64,000 nucleotides of DNA from Balanoglossus misakiensis (lineage: Eukaryota > Animalia > Hemichordata), in contig CM082592.2 in NCBI GenBank assembly GCA_040954595.2, positions 10,734,017 through 10,798,016 of the forward strand, given 5' to 3'. The position numbers and the translations under genes are program-made. Each line of letters opens with the position of its first letter. Position 1 is the stretch's first letter. A model generated the notes under the pieces. It saw only the letters and a program-made list of their open reading frames with translations, had not been told where the DNA came from and did no database searches. Positions 12,901 through 26,115 of this stretch are shown here, piece by piece.

Positions 12901-15900
12901 GCTTAATCTCATTATCACGCCGTGAATTCTACTTCAGGTTGAGAATAACTTGCACATGTGTGGACACGAGTTCACAGACATGGATTATTAGAAATGACTA
13001 ACTTTGCGCATGATATACAAAACGGATTCACAATGCGAAGGAATATTCGAAGACAGCCTCAAGACACCCTTAGTCAAACCGCAGTGACAATGGTGAATAC
13101 ATACAGAAAAGAGAATGGACAAACAAACAAACAAACAAACAAACACGCATGTTCAGAGTTTGATACATCATGACAGCTATAGCCTTTCCATCTCGGTAAC
13201 TTCTGAATGCGAAGGGCGTGAGTGGGCGTCACAGACACAGGGTATCAGGACACGTGGAAATAACTGCGAGGTCGGAGAGACCGAATAGACAGACAGACAT
13301 AGACTGAAACAGTACAAAACAACCTTTTGACCTCGATTATAAAGACAGCCAACTTGACAAAAATAGCCACCAGATCAGACTATAATCGAGAACTCTGTTC
13401 AAAATAATAGCTTCAGCAAATTGCTACTGAGTCTGGAAATTGAATCTGGGAATCAGTTTAATGTTCTGCCAAATAAGAAACCTTCTAAACAAGAAAAGCA
13501 CATGTCCAAACGAACGATACAGCATTACCCTTCATGTTTCGGTCTGATTACATTTCGGTGTGCATATTATTTTGAAATGCGACTTGAAAATCATTTTACA
13601 TCCCTCTGATTCAGTTAAGGTAAATTTTATGCAGATGGAATTTTAAAAGTCGACACAGACTTCGGGAAACAAAACCGAGATTAAACGTCTCATTCTCTGC
13701 CTTTCTTTCGCTAGAATTGTCTGCAGACGTATGACATAACGAGATTTCGCCATCTTAACGTTGTTGGGTTATTTTTAGTTACATGGTCATCAGCCACTTG
13801 CCCTCACTCGATCTCCCCTCTTACTCCCACATCCAGCCAAATTAAATATCGTCAATGATATTAAATCGCAGTGTCCTGACAGATTGCCTATTTTCAGATT
13901 CCCTCAGCTGGGTCGCATCATTAGATCACTGCGAGAGGTATCTCGATCGCTGCCGGGTAGATAAGCCAGCGAATTATTGTTATTCAGCTATGTGATTGCG
14001 TTGTGTGGGTCACCAATCCACCAGTTCCAGAGATTAGTTGTCTAAGTTGAGCAGGATCAAACTAGCATTACGCAACAATTTCTTTCTTGTTCAAATTTAT
14101 AAATTCCCTCCACAACTGTCCATACATGTATATTCTCAAGGGTATCACAATTCCTCCCTTTAAACCAAATACTTCTAAAAACAAAGTTCATCTATACCAG
14201 TACTATATAAGTAAATTTATATTCACCCATGCGAGGATTACGGTTTTGTCGTGCTTCAGTCGTGTACATCTATGTTTTTATTTTAATTGATCTTCTTTGT
14301 TGGAGCTGTGACAATGAAATCCCTTGGGGTCCTGTAATGAATAAAATAAATGCAGTATATAATTACAATCAACATTGCCACTCACTGCATGCTTCACAAG
14401 CAATAAATACGCACCCTCCCTCCCTCCTTCATAAGTACATACGAAAGACAGCAATCACGCAGGTGGTAAATGCTGCGACAGCTCAACAATTGATCAATAC
14501 ACACTCATCATCAAAGATGTCCTCCCTTTTTGTCAATGATTGTTTTATTGCACGTTATGACTATTCACTGAATGAAATCGCTTCGCACATAACGACTAAT
14601 AAACTGAACCGTTCTTGTAACACCTCGAATTGTCCATAAAAACCGAACCTGCATCGCGTGCAGTATTCCAATTTCGTCTCGTGGATTGCAGAAATTGGAA
14701 TGAATTATTCCCTTGGGCCTCCTGGGGTATTGATTCAGCGCAGAACTAACAGCTCGTTTCATCTTTATGCAAATGACTCAACAGGCAGTCGCCGTCCTAT
14801 TGACGTAATACTGTTGCAAAGGGAATACACTTTCCAGGTACGCATTAGATCGAGGGTAGTCCCCAAACGAGAGAAAGAAGAGAGCCCTAGTAATTTCTGC
14901 ATCTGTAGTACTTGGAGTACTTGCTACAGCATCAATAATTAACCACGTTTGCCATTTTGACGCGACGGAGGCCTAGTTGTTGTCTTTTGAAGGAGAATAT
15001 CGCGGCAGTATGGTTGATATTTTCACAGCGAGCTGTAATTTTTTGACTCAGACATAAGACACGACAAGACAAGCGATTTTGGTAAGGATAAGCTTATGCT
15101 GTGTTACAACATTATCGAAATACTCGTTAATTACTAAATTGCTTTTGAAAGATATCACGTGGGTCATGGAATTTGAATCATGGGAGTGAAGCTCCTTGAC
15201 CTTGTGTGACCTTTGGCACTTTTGTTGGAATCGAGTCTTGTAAGTGCAAGTGTGGGAATAGTTCCTTTGTAAACTGTCACTCGCTCAAGCGAAGAAATTC
15301 GTCGTTGCCGTATTAAAGTAGTTCATCTGTGAATTTAAGACATGACGCGGTGAATTTGTGACAGCCTACACGAATATTTGTGGCTTAAACAACGGTTGTC
15401 AGTTATGAAAGACGGTATGATATTTCTCGTTATTGCAAAAATCAAAATACGACGCCAATTATTAACTGTTACGTATGCAACAACGAGAGTGATTGACGTG
15501 TTAGTCATTAAACTCATTTAACGACCGGACGGGGTTCACTTGCTTCATCATTCACAATCATGGCAAACGTTTTCCGAAGTTATTGTAAAATGCATCCGTG
15601 ATATTAATATCGGTAACATTTGAACACTAGCTAACGTTATTAGATGAGTTACGCTTTTGTTCGAAGTATGATCCGACAGTTTCAACACGTCATCAAACTC
15701 ACACATGCATCTCGACTCAACATATCTCGCCTGTGGGTTAATTATGATAGCAACCGTGATATCGCACAAAATATGCAAGTGAAAGATAAGTTATGGGAGA
15801 AGGATCACCATCAAAATTACAACGTGTTAAATTAAAAAAAAGAGAAGACTATAAGGCTTTAGAAATCAACACGTGGGGTTCTGGTAACACTAACTGTGGC

Positions 15901-17671
15901 ATGGAATTATGGTCTGTACGTCACAGGGGCAGAAATGACGTGGCCACATATGGCGTAACGGCATATAGTACGAAAACGAGGATTCGATATGTGATATCAA
16001 TTTGGCCAACCGCATCACCGGATTCTGAACGACCTACACAAACCCCACCCGTCTGAAAATTGAAACGTGTTGATGTAAAAGTCCTGCGTGATAAACTTGC
16101 GCTTTCTTCAGGCGATTTTTTCCCCGATATCGTATTTTATTTGAAATTTTATCGCGTTTCACAATAATCCTTTCAGCTCCAATGTGCTCGTCTTACCAAT
16201 CAATTTCTGCGTTGCACTGTTTCAACGTTACGACGTCCTTCGCATTTATGGAAAGTGCATCTGCCCAACTGACGTCATAAAAACCCAATACACCGCACAA
16301 AACAAAGTGCACTGTTCCAGGACCAAAACTATATGTTCAGTCCTGCGAAGATTAACGAGCATTGCTAGGTCTGAAATCACCAGTCCGTACAGCTTGTACT
16401 CAATTTGGCATTGTTACCCGACAATTGTTCCTTTGATTAGTAAATATTCTCTGTAATTGTGCCTTGAAATTCATCAGTCGTGAGATGCCACTTAATGGTG
16501 TCTAAGTGTTGGGTGCTTTGTGTTCCTAGTGAATACAATTCAGTTGTCTCCATGGTAATGTGATGAGAATTCGGCTCATCGATCACAAATCTGTCAGTTG
16601 GGAGCGAAGAAATAAAGACAGCCGCATTATTCCGCCCGGGACTGCCTTAATTAGATAAACTGACAGAAACAACAAAACTTTAAGACAGGGGACTTTCATT
16701 TTACTTGAGATCTTTGCAGAAGTCCATAGTGACGTAATTCGCTGTTGCTGTGGGTGCAGATGATAATTTTCAGTGCGCGCCCACATGAATAATGTAAGGC
16801 GAACTTCGACCAGTACTTTCCACAGAAAATCGAATAGCTTCTGAATTTAAGTTGTGTTATTAATTAAAAGTGGCTATAAAAATAACGCTCTAAAAAAAGA
16901 CCTTTATCCGACTCGCTTACAAAATGTATTGATTGCTACCATTCATTTTTTTTTCGGTCCGGCCAAAACTAGACTATATTATGTCAAATTTAGGTATTTT
17001 CGAACTCAAGTACATTATTCAATATAAATTGCTTTTCCCGTTTCTCCAGAATGAAAGACTCAAAACTCGTTATCAAACACACATGCCGAGACACAAAATA
17101 CATGAAGCACAATGGCGACTCCGAAACTTCCGTTGATATTACACGTCTTTCCTTTGAAATCTAAAACAAACTGAAAACCAAAATGACGGTAATACCACGA
17201 AACATGGATGGCCGGATGTGGTTATGAGAGAAAATCCCCAATGGTTGGCGGGAAACGCGGCGTGATCCATAGCTTGCGGCACACACGGCCGACCGAGAAG
17301 ACGCCGCAAATCCAGACAGGCGGGAAATATAGGCAAAAGTAACAACCACTGCGATGTTTTCATAACTAAATGTCACCGCGGCTTACTGTAAAGCTGATGA
17401 TTAGCGATATGGAGGACTGAGGTCACGTAATATAGGACTTTCCCTGCGGGCACTGCAGAAGACAGAATGTATGGCTAAGCACATGAAAGTTTCCAAAACG
17501 ACAGAAAAATATTGAAATGAAAGGTTATTCCTCTAAAATTTTCCTATGCTTTTAGTGTAGAACATGTTACGTATAAAACAAGCTGTTGGAAACTCGTAGA
17601 CAGCAGGAACCATGGTAACGCCACAAAAGGAACTTGCATCAGCCATGCAGATGTTGATCTATTGACTAACG

Positions 17672-17733
<62 letters not shown>

Positions 17734-17737
17734 CCAC

Positions 17738-17768
<31 letters not shown>
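17672..17768. repeat. (CAT)n trinucleotide microsatellite, ~32 units with a short CAC interruption
   Basis: Directly visible. Confidence 0.97.
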
Positions 17769-18512
17769 TCCTCCTTTTGTTAATTCGAATAACTGATGGC
17801 GAGATATAGGGATCCATATTGACCCACATTACCGTATGCTACCAAGGAAAGTGAATGCTGCAGAATTTCAATGGGATTCTCCAAAGCAAACGAGGGACGT
17901 GCGTCATAGGCAGTGTGCCACACCTCTAAGCAAAGTACAAAAATAATAAGTTATTCTCTATGAACCAGAAACCTTTGGCGACAAACCTCTCGTATGCCTG
18001 CGAGGAACGCTGGGAAAATCACCGGTTTTGAAAAGTAATAGCCTGCGGGCTGCATTATTATTTTTTTTGTATGTTCGTGTTAAAATACTGTGCATTGTGA
18101 ATATTGCTTTTTGTATTGAATATCGTCAATGGATTTTGGTGACATGTCGATACATGTAATAGATGGGTCCATTTCGGCGTTAATTTACCTCAAAAGTACG
18201 CTATGTACTCTTCGAGTCAGATCCTGTAAGCTTACAATGGATAAAGCGAGAGTGGAAACATGACTCGGGAATTAAGAGAAAGGAGGTCTCGACGGCCCGG
18301 TGCAAACTGAGCCGATCAGAGTTATGGGTGATGACGTCAGCGACAGACAAAAACTGGAGACTGTCCAGGATACGTGTCTGCCTACGGCCATTTTCTTTCA
18401 AATGAGTGGCCAAAGCTCAAAAATCAGGGCAAAGCAGACGATTAAATGTAGTCGGGTTGTCGTGCAGCGTCAAACTCGAGTCGCCCTATTTCTTCATGAC
18501 ACCAGACTTGGA

Positions 18513-18625
18513 CCACAGGCACCTGAAGATGTCGAAAGAACTCTGAACGGCCTCTGTACTATATAGTATATACTACATAGGCCGTTCGACATCAGAGGCA
18601 GTTTGACATTTTCAGGCACCTGTGG
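18513..18625. other. 113-bp imperfect fold-back (inverted repeat); MITE remnant or hairpin RNA candidate
   Basis: Nested pairings CCACAGG/CCTGTGG, CCTGAAGATGTCGAA/TTTGACATTTTCAGG (2 G-U), CTCT/AGAG, GAACGGCCT/AGGCCGTTC and TGTA/TACA surround a TATA-rich loop. Confidence 0.7.
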
Positions 18626-21600
18626 CTTGGACGACCGCCAACCACGAATTTGTCAGTTTGTTCGACAAACGTGAACTGCGTGCCGAAAGCGGAGAGAATG
18701 GAAGTCCGTACGGTTCATGGGAGAAGGTCATTGTCGCCTCAACGTCTTTTATTCTGATTTGCATATAAACAAGAACGCATCACAATCACATTTTAATACA
18801 ACGTCGATGAAAAAAACGCGCAGAAAAAGCGCAGCTGCCCGAACTTTTCCAGTTATTACCATGTGTTCTTTTATCCATGCTGTCAACTTTGCCCTACATT
18901 ATGAAAAATTACCTGTCTTGAGAGAAAATAATTAGCAAATTTCCGACCATCTCACAGGCTTACAGCAAACACCTGCAAAGAACACCGCGCATGAATATAC
19001 GAGAAAGTTGGTTAAACTGCGCTTTGTGGAGATTATTGTTCTTCGTGACAGCTATATTGTGTGCCTTTCAGCTGACCTGATATGAATTTGAATTCAGTTT
19101 CATGAAACATGTCTTCGTCAGTAATATTTCATTCATAATGTTGATTTATAGACCGAGACACGAATTCCCTTGTGACTCGTTCTGTAATGAAGCCAAATAA
19201 ATGACTGAACACATGGCCGTTTGACGTCATTGCATGCCATTTCTTGTTCTCCGAACAATGGCGCTGGAGATAAGTGGGATCCGACACGACTGGGTTGGGT
19301 CACAAACAGAAAAAAGGCTTGACCTTTGACACGTTGCTATGTAGGACGCCGAGTCCCCACCCCGTACGTTGTACACGTAATTACCCCGATCACATCTGAA
19401 CGCACGCATGCACATACGAAAGCATCAGTCGACCACACTCCTGCAGCTGATGATGAAGTATGCAAATTCTTCCGAAAGAGTCCAAACCATTTCTTTTAGC
19501 AGGAGTAAAGTTTTAGTGGGTATATTTTGAAAACCAGAAGAGCGATTTTGTCAGAACCAAGATTCCTACCCTGCATACTAGGTTTAACACAAACATTTTG
19601 AATTCATTTAAAGTCTCCAAATCTATATTTTTATTACCGATCTGCAGGCAATACGATTATGAGAAATCAGTCAGTCAGTGCTTGTAAAATTCATTTTTTT
19701 CTGTGTAAAACGAGTTCAGTACACGTATGTCTTCTGTGCCTATTTTGCTCGAAGTGGTTAGCATGATCTCCATGGTAACAATGGTTACCTATTTTAAGAG
19801 ACGATTTCTTCGCGTTGTTTGATTTTCCGCAAAAACTGGCGTATCAGCCAACAATGGCCGCCATTCATGCCCCCGTATTATTTTCGCTGGATTGGAGGAA
19901 TAGGGATCACAGTGTAAACTGGGTCACATCGAGTACTTTGAGCTTCGGTTGCCTTTTCATCTCGTACGGATGAAATAAAGTCTCAATTTCTACTACCTGC
20001 ATGTACAGTTGTCAAGAAGCGAAAGTAACACTGTTACTTACACCTTGATTGCCGCAACTCAAATTATGGTCTTTGCGACGCTCGGCAAAATCTTTGATGA
20101 CAAGCACCGAGGAAAACTCACTTAACCTCACTATACATCTCACCTACAAATTATTTTTTTGTTTATGCTTGGATTAACACACTTTGACCATTCGTCTCCG
20201 GCTGTAGACTACTGAACCCTCTACAGACAAATTCCCACTCCTGTGCCATATCTACAAAGCTTGTCTCATGCAACTTTCAACCAGTCAACTGGTGGCAAGC
20301 CAATGACGCAATCTAATATTTCAAGTCTTCACGCACCGTAACAGTGGACAATGTGTGATTTCACCTTTGCCCTGACGACGTAGGCGTGTCAGTTTACCCC
20401 TAGCAAAGTGACCCATTTTCTTGAGACACAATTGCTTTAGTGTCGAAAGTTGAATGTCTACACAACAAATTACCCTGGCCTGTTGCCTTTTGCAAATGAT
20501 CTGCTTCGGGGATTCATCAAAATGTGGCGTGCGACATGTAGTCGGCCTATACCCTTACCCACCCCATCTCGTTCTGTCGTACATCCTGAAAAATAACTGA
20601 TGTCGCGCCTGTAACGTGTGTAACATAACCCTCGCGACATGGTCCAGTTTTCAAACAGTTTCGCTAATGGACACCGTGTTTATTTCATTTCTATGTAATG
20701 TAATCGTATTAGTAAATTATTGCGCAATATATCTTCAGTATTTCCTCGCGATTCTCTAACATCCGGGTTTCTTTAGTTTTGGTTGATTCGTTCCTAAAAG
20801 ACAGATATGTAGATTCTCGGACAACATGGCCGACTTAAATGATTCGCAGAAATACTATCAGGATAAAGCCAGGAAGCACTAAGGATTTGCCGTAGCTTTA
20901 AGACAAGCATTTTGCCTTTTGCGGTACTCAAGGCTTGCGAATAGACTTTTAAGAGCTCGTTGGTGGAGATTTCTGTCAAATAATGGTTCTGTTTGTATAA
21001 GCTGAGCGTAATTGTCTGAACTTTGGCAGCGCTCAGTGAGTTTGGAAGGTACTTAGGAACCCAGTGTATATGGATAATGCATAAAAATGTACATGGTCCC
21101 ATAGATGCCGTGTCATGCCATGTCAATACATCATGGATATACGATCTACTTCTGAAACACAGGCGTGGCACGTTTGTTTGACCGGCGGGAACTACAATTA
21201 ATAATCATTTAAATCTACACAATTGACTCCGAATGACAATAAGCCTTATTTAGTGCTTTCAGCATTCAACGCAGTCAAGTTAAAACATTTTGCCCAACTT
21301 AAAAGTATCCCTATTTTACCAAACGAAACCAACCAACAGAGTGAGAGACTGTTGTCTCTTTGTTAAAAATGCAACCTCAAGTTAAGTTGCCACGCAATGA
21401 AGTGCTCGTTTGAAATATGTCTACATTTTAATGCCATGTTGATTCCGTTTGCAATCTATATTGTATACAGTTTGTTCGCGAGCTGACGAAATAGATACAG
21501 CATTAGCGGTATTTGCGGCAGATTCGTGGGTGATTTGCATAACAAGTAAAGTTCCATCAGCTCCGCTATTAAGACCAGTTTTCATCGCAAATGTATAATG

Positions 21601-24600
21601 CAGATGAAACACACTAATCCGCGGAGTGTGGGATTGCACCGCTGAAGGACCATAGTTGAACAGCGCTTGACGCGTTGTTATGACAATAGGACAAACACAG
21701 AATATGCGTCACTACCATCTGTCCTCTCACTTAAACTGCTTAAAGCTAAAAGTGATAAGACTGCCCCCATTGTTGGGGAGGTCCACAAGTCAAGGCCAAT
21801 ATTTCGCTTTCAGTGAGGTAATATCCTCTCAATTATGGAGTGGTATCAGCGCTCAAAGAAAGCGCTATCTGGAGCACCCTATACTCACACCGCGTTATCT
21901 TCGACTTCAAATCAAGTTCAATGTCGTTGAGAAACGAGTTCATTCGCTGCATGGTTGATTACTCATTTAATCCACAATTCTTATTAGTTAAAGCCCCATT
22001 AGCTGTAATTGTCGCCTTGCTTTCAGTATTTTTGATTTGTGTATCTACTGATCGTTGTTTGTTCAAATTCCTGAAACATGATGTAATGTCCAGCATTTGG
22101 TGCACTGAATCAACCTAGCCAGAGAAAATCGTTCAGAAAATAACGGAGTCTGGGTAGATTTGATTATTTCAGTGCGGAATAGGTACTTGGCGTGTTGAGC
22201 ACACATACTTGTATTTAAAAGGGACTCAGGTTTTTGCTATTTGACTGATTGAGACAAAGACACGCGCGTGAAATTTTCCTCGAGCAATATGCCCATCTAA
22301 TCCGCTCTTTGGGGAAAAATACAAATGCAATTTATATGAAGGAAGGCGATTCTATCGACAAGTGTTTCCCCTTCTTTGTTCATTCGTTTCTCTTATCGAT
22401 CAGCGTACTTTTTTGTAATTGATTTTGTTAACTTAAAAGGTTCTCAAACGCTGCTTTCTCCCTTGATAACGCTTCGACCGTTTTCTTTTCCTTGTTTCTA
22501 AGAACCAGATGAGATCGATGATATTGTTTATGAGATCGACATATGTCTGCAAAGGAAACTGGGTTGCTTTCGTTCAAAATAAGGTCATGTTAGTGCAAGG
22601 AGGTAGTGAACAAGGGTAACGATTCGTTGTGTACAGAAAACAGAAAACTTTCCAAATATTAAGCAAAGTGACAGACTTCTTCTCTCTTGTTTACAAACCG
22701 GGATATTTATATGGAAATATTACGTATGTGAAAACGGTGAATGAATGATGCGCACACGCACGTTCGTATGTATGTATTCGCTGCACCTCGGTTGAAGTTA
22801 ACGTTGAAGCTCCCTAGGCGGATTTAAAAGTAACACTTATGTGATTCGAGAAGTTTCCTTCGACCTTATAACTTAGATAAAAAGTACTTATGTCGTACAT
22901 TTGAAGGGTTACTGTGGCAATAAAGTGCTGACGCAAGCCGTACCAAGGCCCAGTTGTCCTGAATTGGGTTAATTTCAAATCTGGAAATAAAATTTATAAC
23001 CCTCTTCGCTTTACAACAGGTTGCTACCACTCGTACGTTACCACACAGCATCCTACAAAAACATTGAAATGGTCACCGTACAAACAAACAACGTACACCG
23101 AACCTGGAAGGGGGACAGTTCGCGTTAAAGATCACGAATAGACGAAAAAGACGATATGTAACTCATGGTCGAGTAAAACGTCTGGTTTTTAATAAAACTT
23201 TGATATAAGTTAACAGAATTACAGAGTTAGGTGACTGTTTTGGTCCCTGTCAAAGTCATGCTCGTCTTCTATAATGATTGTCTGCTGATCAAAATCACTG
23301 TTCGGCTGATGTGTGTGATTGAAGTGTGACAGCCATAGATCTGACCAACGTGTTGACGATAAAATGGTTATTTTTTCTATTTTTGCGATCAAAGAGGCAG
23401 TGTACGGAGCTGAGAACAAACTGATTCCAAATGAATAACTCAATGTATACAGAAACTGCCCAGTGGCCATATTGGCCAAAGTCACCCAATGTAATTGCCC
23501 TCACTCGGTTTCCATAGCTACTTCGTCCAACCACTGGCAGTAAAAAAACCTGTCAGCTGCTTATCATATCTGTAATGCTGTAAGAACGCCCTCGTTTCAC
23601 TTTCTCCAAAATGCTAGGCGATCTCAAGGTGGTATTTACATTTACCACAAGGACATTCTGCGATAAGCCTATTAAAGACCAACAAAATTATAATCGATTT
23701 TTTGGTTGACCTTGTCAGATTTACAAGACACCTTTTAGGGTTAATTACCACACACAGGCATGTTCCAATGTCGTAATGGCGTCAATTTGCTTATTCTTGA
23801 GTGAACCAGGCTGGTATAGTACAAGAACTGTGGTAGAAATACTGGGAGATAACTTATATTAAACGTGGGTATCCAAAGCGTGATATGTTCTACATGTTTG
23901 TACTGCGTATAAATATTTTTGCACAGTGATTGGAACAGACAGAGAAAAGGGTTGGTAAACAGATTAAAAAGTTTAAAGTACTTGTAAAACGAGAACAGTT
24001 GTCAAAACACTAGCGGAATGTACTGTTAATGAGAATTCCGTACGGTTGATGATTATCATCCATTGTTTTCTGTCGGCTTGGTTATGTCTGGTTCAAATCG
24101 GACCATTTATTACTAATTTAAAGCAAGGAGTGCAATACAATGATAATATGGCGCCAAAATTGAATTATTGGCCTCAAAGTAGTTTCGGGGCGAGTGAAGT
24201 AACCGCCCTTGGTCACAATACCCTCCGCCGACGTAAACAATGCAATTGTGAAACACTGATAACCCTGCGCCCTGAGGGCACTCATGAGAGTGTGTGGTTC
24301 GACCACATCACAAACTTCTACGACATGCTCAGAGGTGATTTACGCCAAGCGTATCGCGTGGTTCACACAAACACGCATCAATCTCATTAGGGTTGTGTCG
24401 AAGTGGTTGTCGGTGCTTGAAAAACATGGCCTGATTTCCCCCTCTGCTTTACAGCGGGTGTGTTTCTGTGAAGGCACATAGCAATACGTTGTGAGGCAAG
24501 TCTATACCCACTGTGTACACAACGACGTGGCAGCTGGGTCGTGCTGTGTAAATGTGAGATTGAGCCCCCCCTCCCCCCCTGTATACTTGAAACCACGGTA

Positions 24601-24903
24601 CACCCGAAGAGATATTATCCCTTACTGGACTTGTTAAAATTGAGAACTGTATCACATTAGCCATGGCTGGATACCCCGACTGTGGTATCGATCCGGTGTC
24701 CTTGATATGAACTTTATTACTATGGTGATGTGTACTTGAGATTGTGAGACTCTCAATACGGTGTCCATGTAAATACTAAATTCTGTGATAACCAGGTGTT
24801 GAAGTTTTCTTTTTCCAAAAATGTTCATGCGGTCTACCACTAAAGACGCGTGTAAATAATCTGTCACTTGCAAGCCCCGACTGAAATTGTCCGGTACAGA
24901 GGG

Positions 24904-26115
24904 CTACACTGACCTACTGCGACAAGAGTTTTCAGGTGAACCAGGTGTAATCGACGCCGTCTGCATGAACTCAAGCACCGCCTCGATGTAGTCAACGGAC
25001 AGTCTATTGGCCCACGACTCTGGCTGCCATCCTTCGAAGAACCCGCAGTGACCACCACGCTCCGTCGTCACCAGCAAAAAATTAGGCAAAACTGTGAACA
25101 GGTCAAAGGGAATGAGTTCCTTCGAGCAAACTGGGTCGTCCAAGCTGTTGATGCACAAAATGGGAATCGAAATCTCGTCAACCTCCCTCATGGGATCGTT
25201 TTTCTCCCAATAAGTATCCATGTCTTCGAACCCGTAAAGTTTACAGTAAACAGATCGCTCGAAATCGGTAATACTTCTGCTCTCAAACGCCTTGTCGACG
25301 TCGATGGCGTTGGATAGCACACCGGCGTGCCGCGTGAGGAGGAGTTTCAGACCCTGTAACATGAACCACCTGTATGGGTTTTGGATACCGTTCTCAAAGA
25401 ACTCCACGGCTGAGTAACCCGGTGATATGCACACCGCCGTTGAAAGATACGTCGAAGACCCGTATTCCCCGAGGTAAGAAATAAGAAGACCCGAGCCAGT
25501 GCTGACACCGATGGCGGTTATTTTGGCATGTTTGTAGAGATCTCGAATGTATCTGATAACCTGTCTCAGATCGGAAGTATCGCCAAAACTCTGCAGTTTT
25601 GGAGTAGTTAATGGTGACCCACCATGACCCCGTTTGTTAAACACAACTGCTCGCATGCCTCGCCTTGTGGCCTCTTTGCAGATATCGGCCACTTGCTCTG
25701 GTCCGCCGGTTAGGCCTGGTAAAACAATAACGATCGAAGTTCTGTCGTGTATCCTTCGGGTTTTACAGGCTACTACCCAGTCCAGTGCAATGATTCCATC
25801 GTCCTTCAGCTGGAAATACTTCCGCCTGAATAAAACATCCGGCTGTGGCAGCAAACAAGCCAAAAGCGTTTGCAGATTTCCATTTCTGGCCCAAACAGTC
25901 GGCGTGAATGGCTTTGTAAGTCGCGCACAGTTTTTCAATAAACTCGACGCTAAGGTTGACTCCTTGTAGTAAAGCTTCGGGGACACGGGCATTTTGTTGT
26001 TCCAGGCGTTCTGAAACAGCATGTACACAGATACCATCAAGGTTGTCACGAAGGCATAGAGGTAGAATACAAACGACGGCAAAGAAAACGACGCTCGGCG
26101 CTCACATACGGCCAT
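24904..26115 (-). CDS. ABHD15: Alpha/beta-hydrolase domain-containing protein 15-like (ABHD1/2/3/15, YheT-type family), intronless CDS, ~403 aa
   Basis: Uninterrupted ORF with an N-terminal hydrophobic anchor and family motifs NGNLQT, DDGIIALDW, LPGLTG, VVFNKRGHGG, GVSTG, DDPVC and GGHCGF. LLISYLGEYGSS, YWEKNDPMREVDE and DDPVC resemble vertebrate ABHD15 as I recall it. The start is set at ATG 26115 (AACATGG, strong Kozak); an in-frame ATG at 26178 in weaker context is an alternative. Confidence 0.88.
   Translation of the reverse strand: MAVCERRASFSLPSFVFYLYAFVTTLMVSVYMLFQNAWNNKMPVSPKLYYKESTLASSLLKNCARLTKPFTPTVWARNGNLQTLLACLLPQPDVLFRRKYFQLKDDGIIALDWVVACKTRRIHDRTSIVIVLPGLTGGPEQVADICKEATRRGMRAVVFNKRGHGGSPLTTPKLQSFGDTSDLRQVIRYIRDLYKHAKITAIGVSTGSGLLISYLGEYGSSTYLSTAVCISPGYSAVEFFENGIQNPYRWFMLQGLKLLLTRHAGVLSNAIDVDKAFESRSITDFERSVYCKLYGFEDMDTYWEKNDPMREVDEISIPILCINSLDDPVCSKELIPFDLFTVLPNFLLVTTERGGHCGFFEGWQPESWANRLSVDYIEAVLEFMQTASITPGSPENSCRSRSV

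Noticed and set aside
19430-19485. Hammerhead ribozyme (CTGATGA...GAAG/CTTC...GAAA, ACTC/GAGT)
   Set aside because: It lacks the G10.1-C11.1 pair, the UH cleavage site and a credible stem I.
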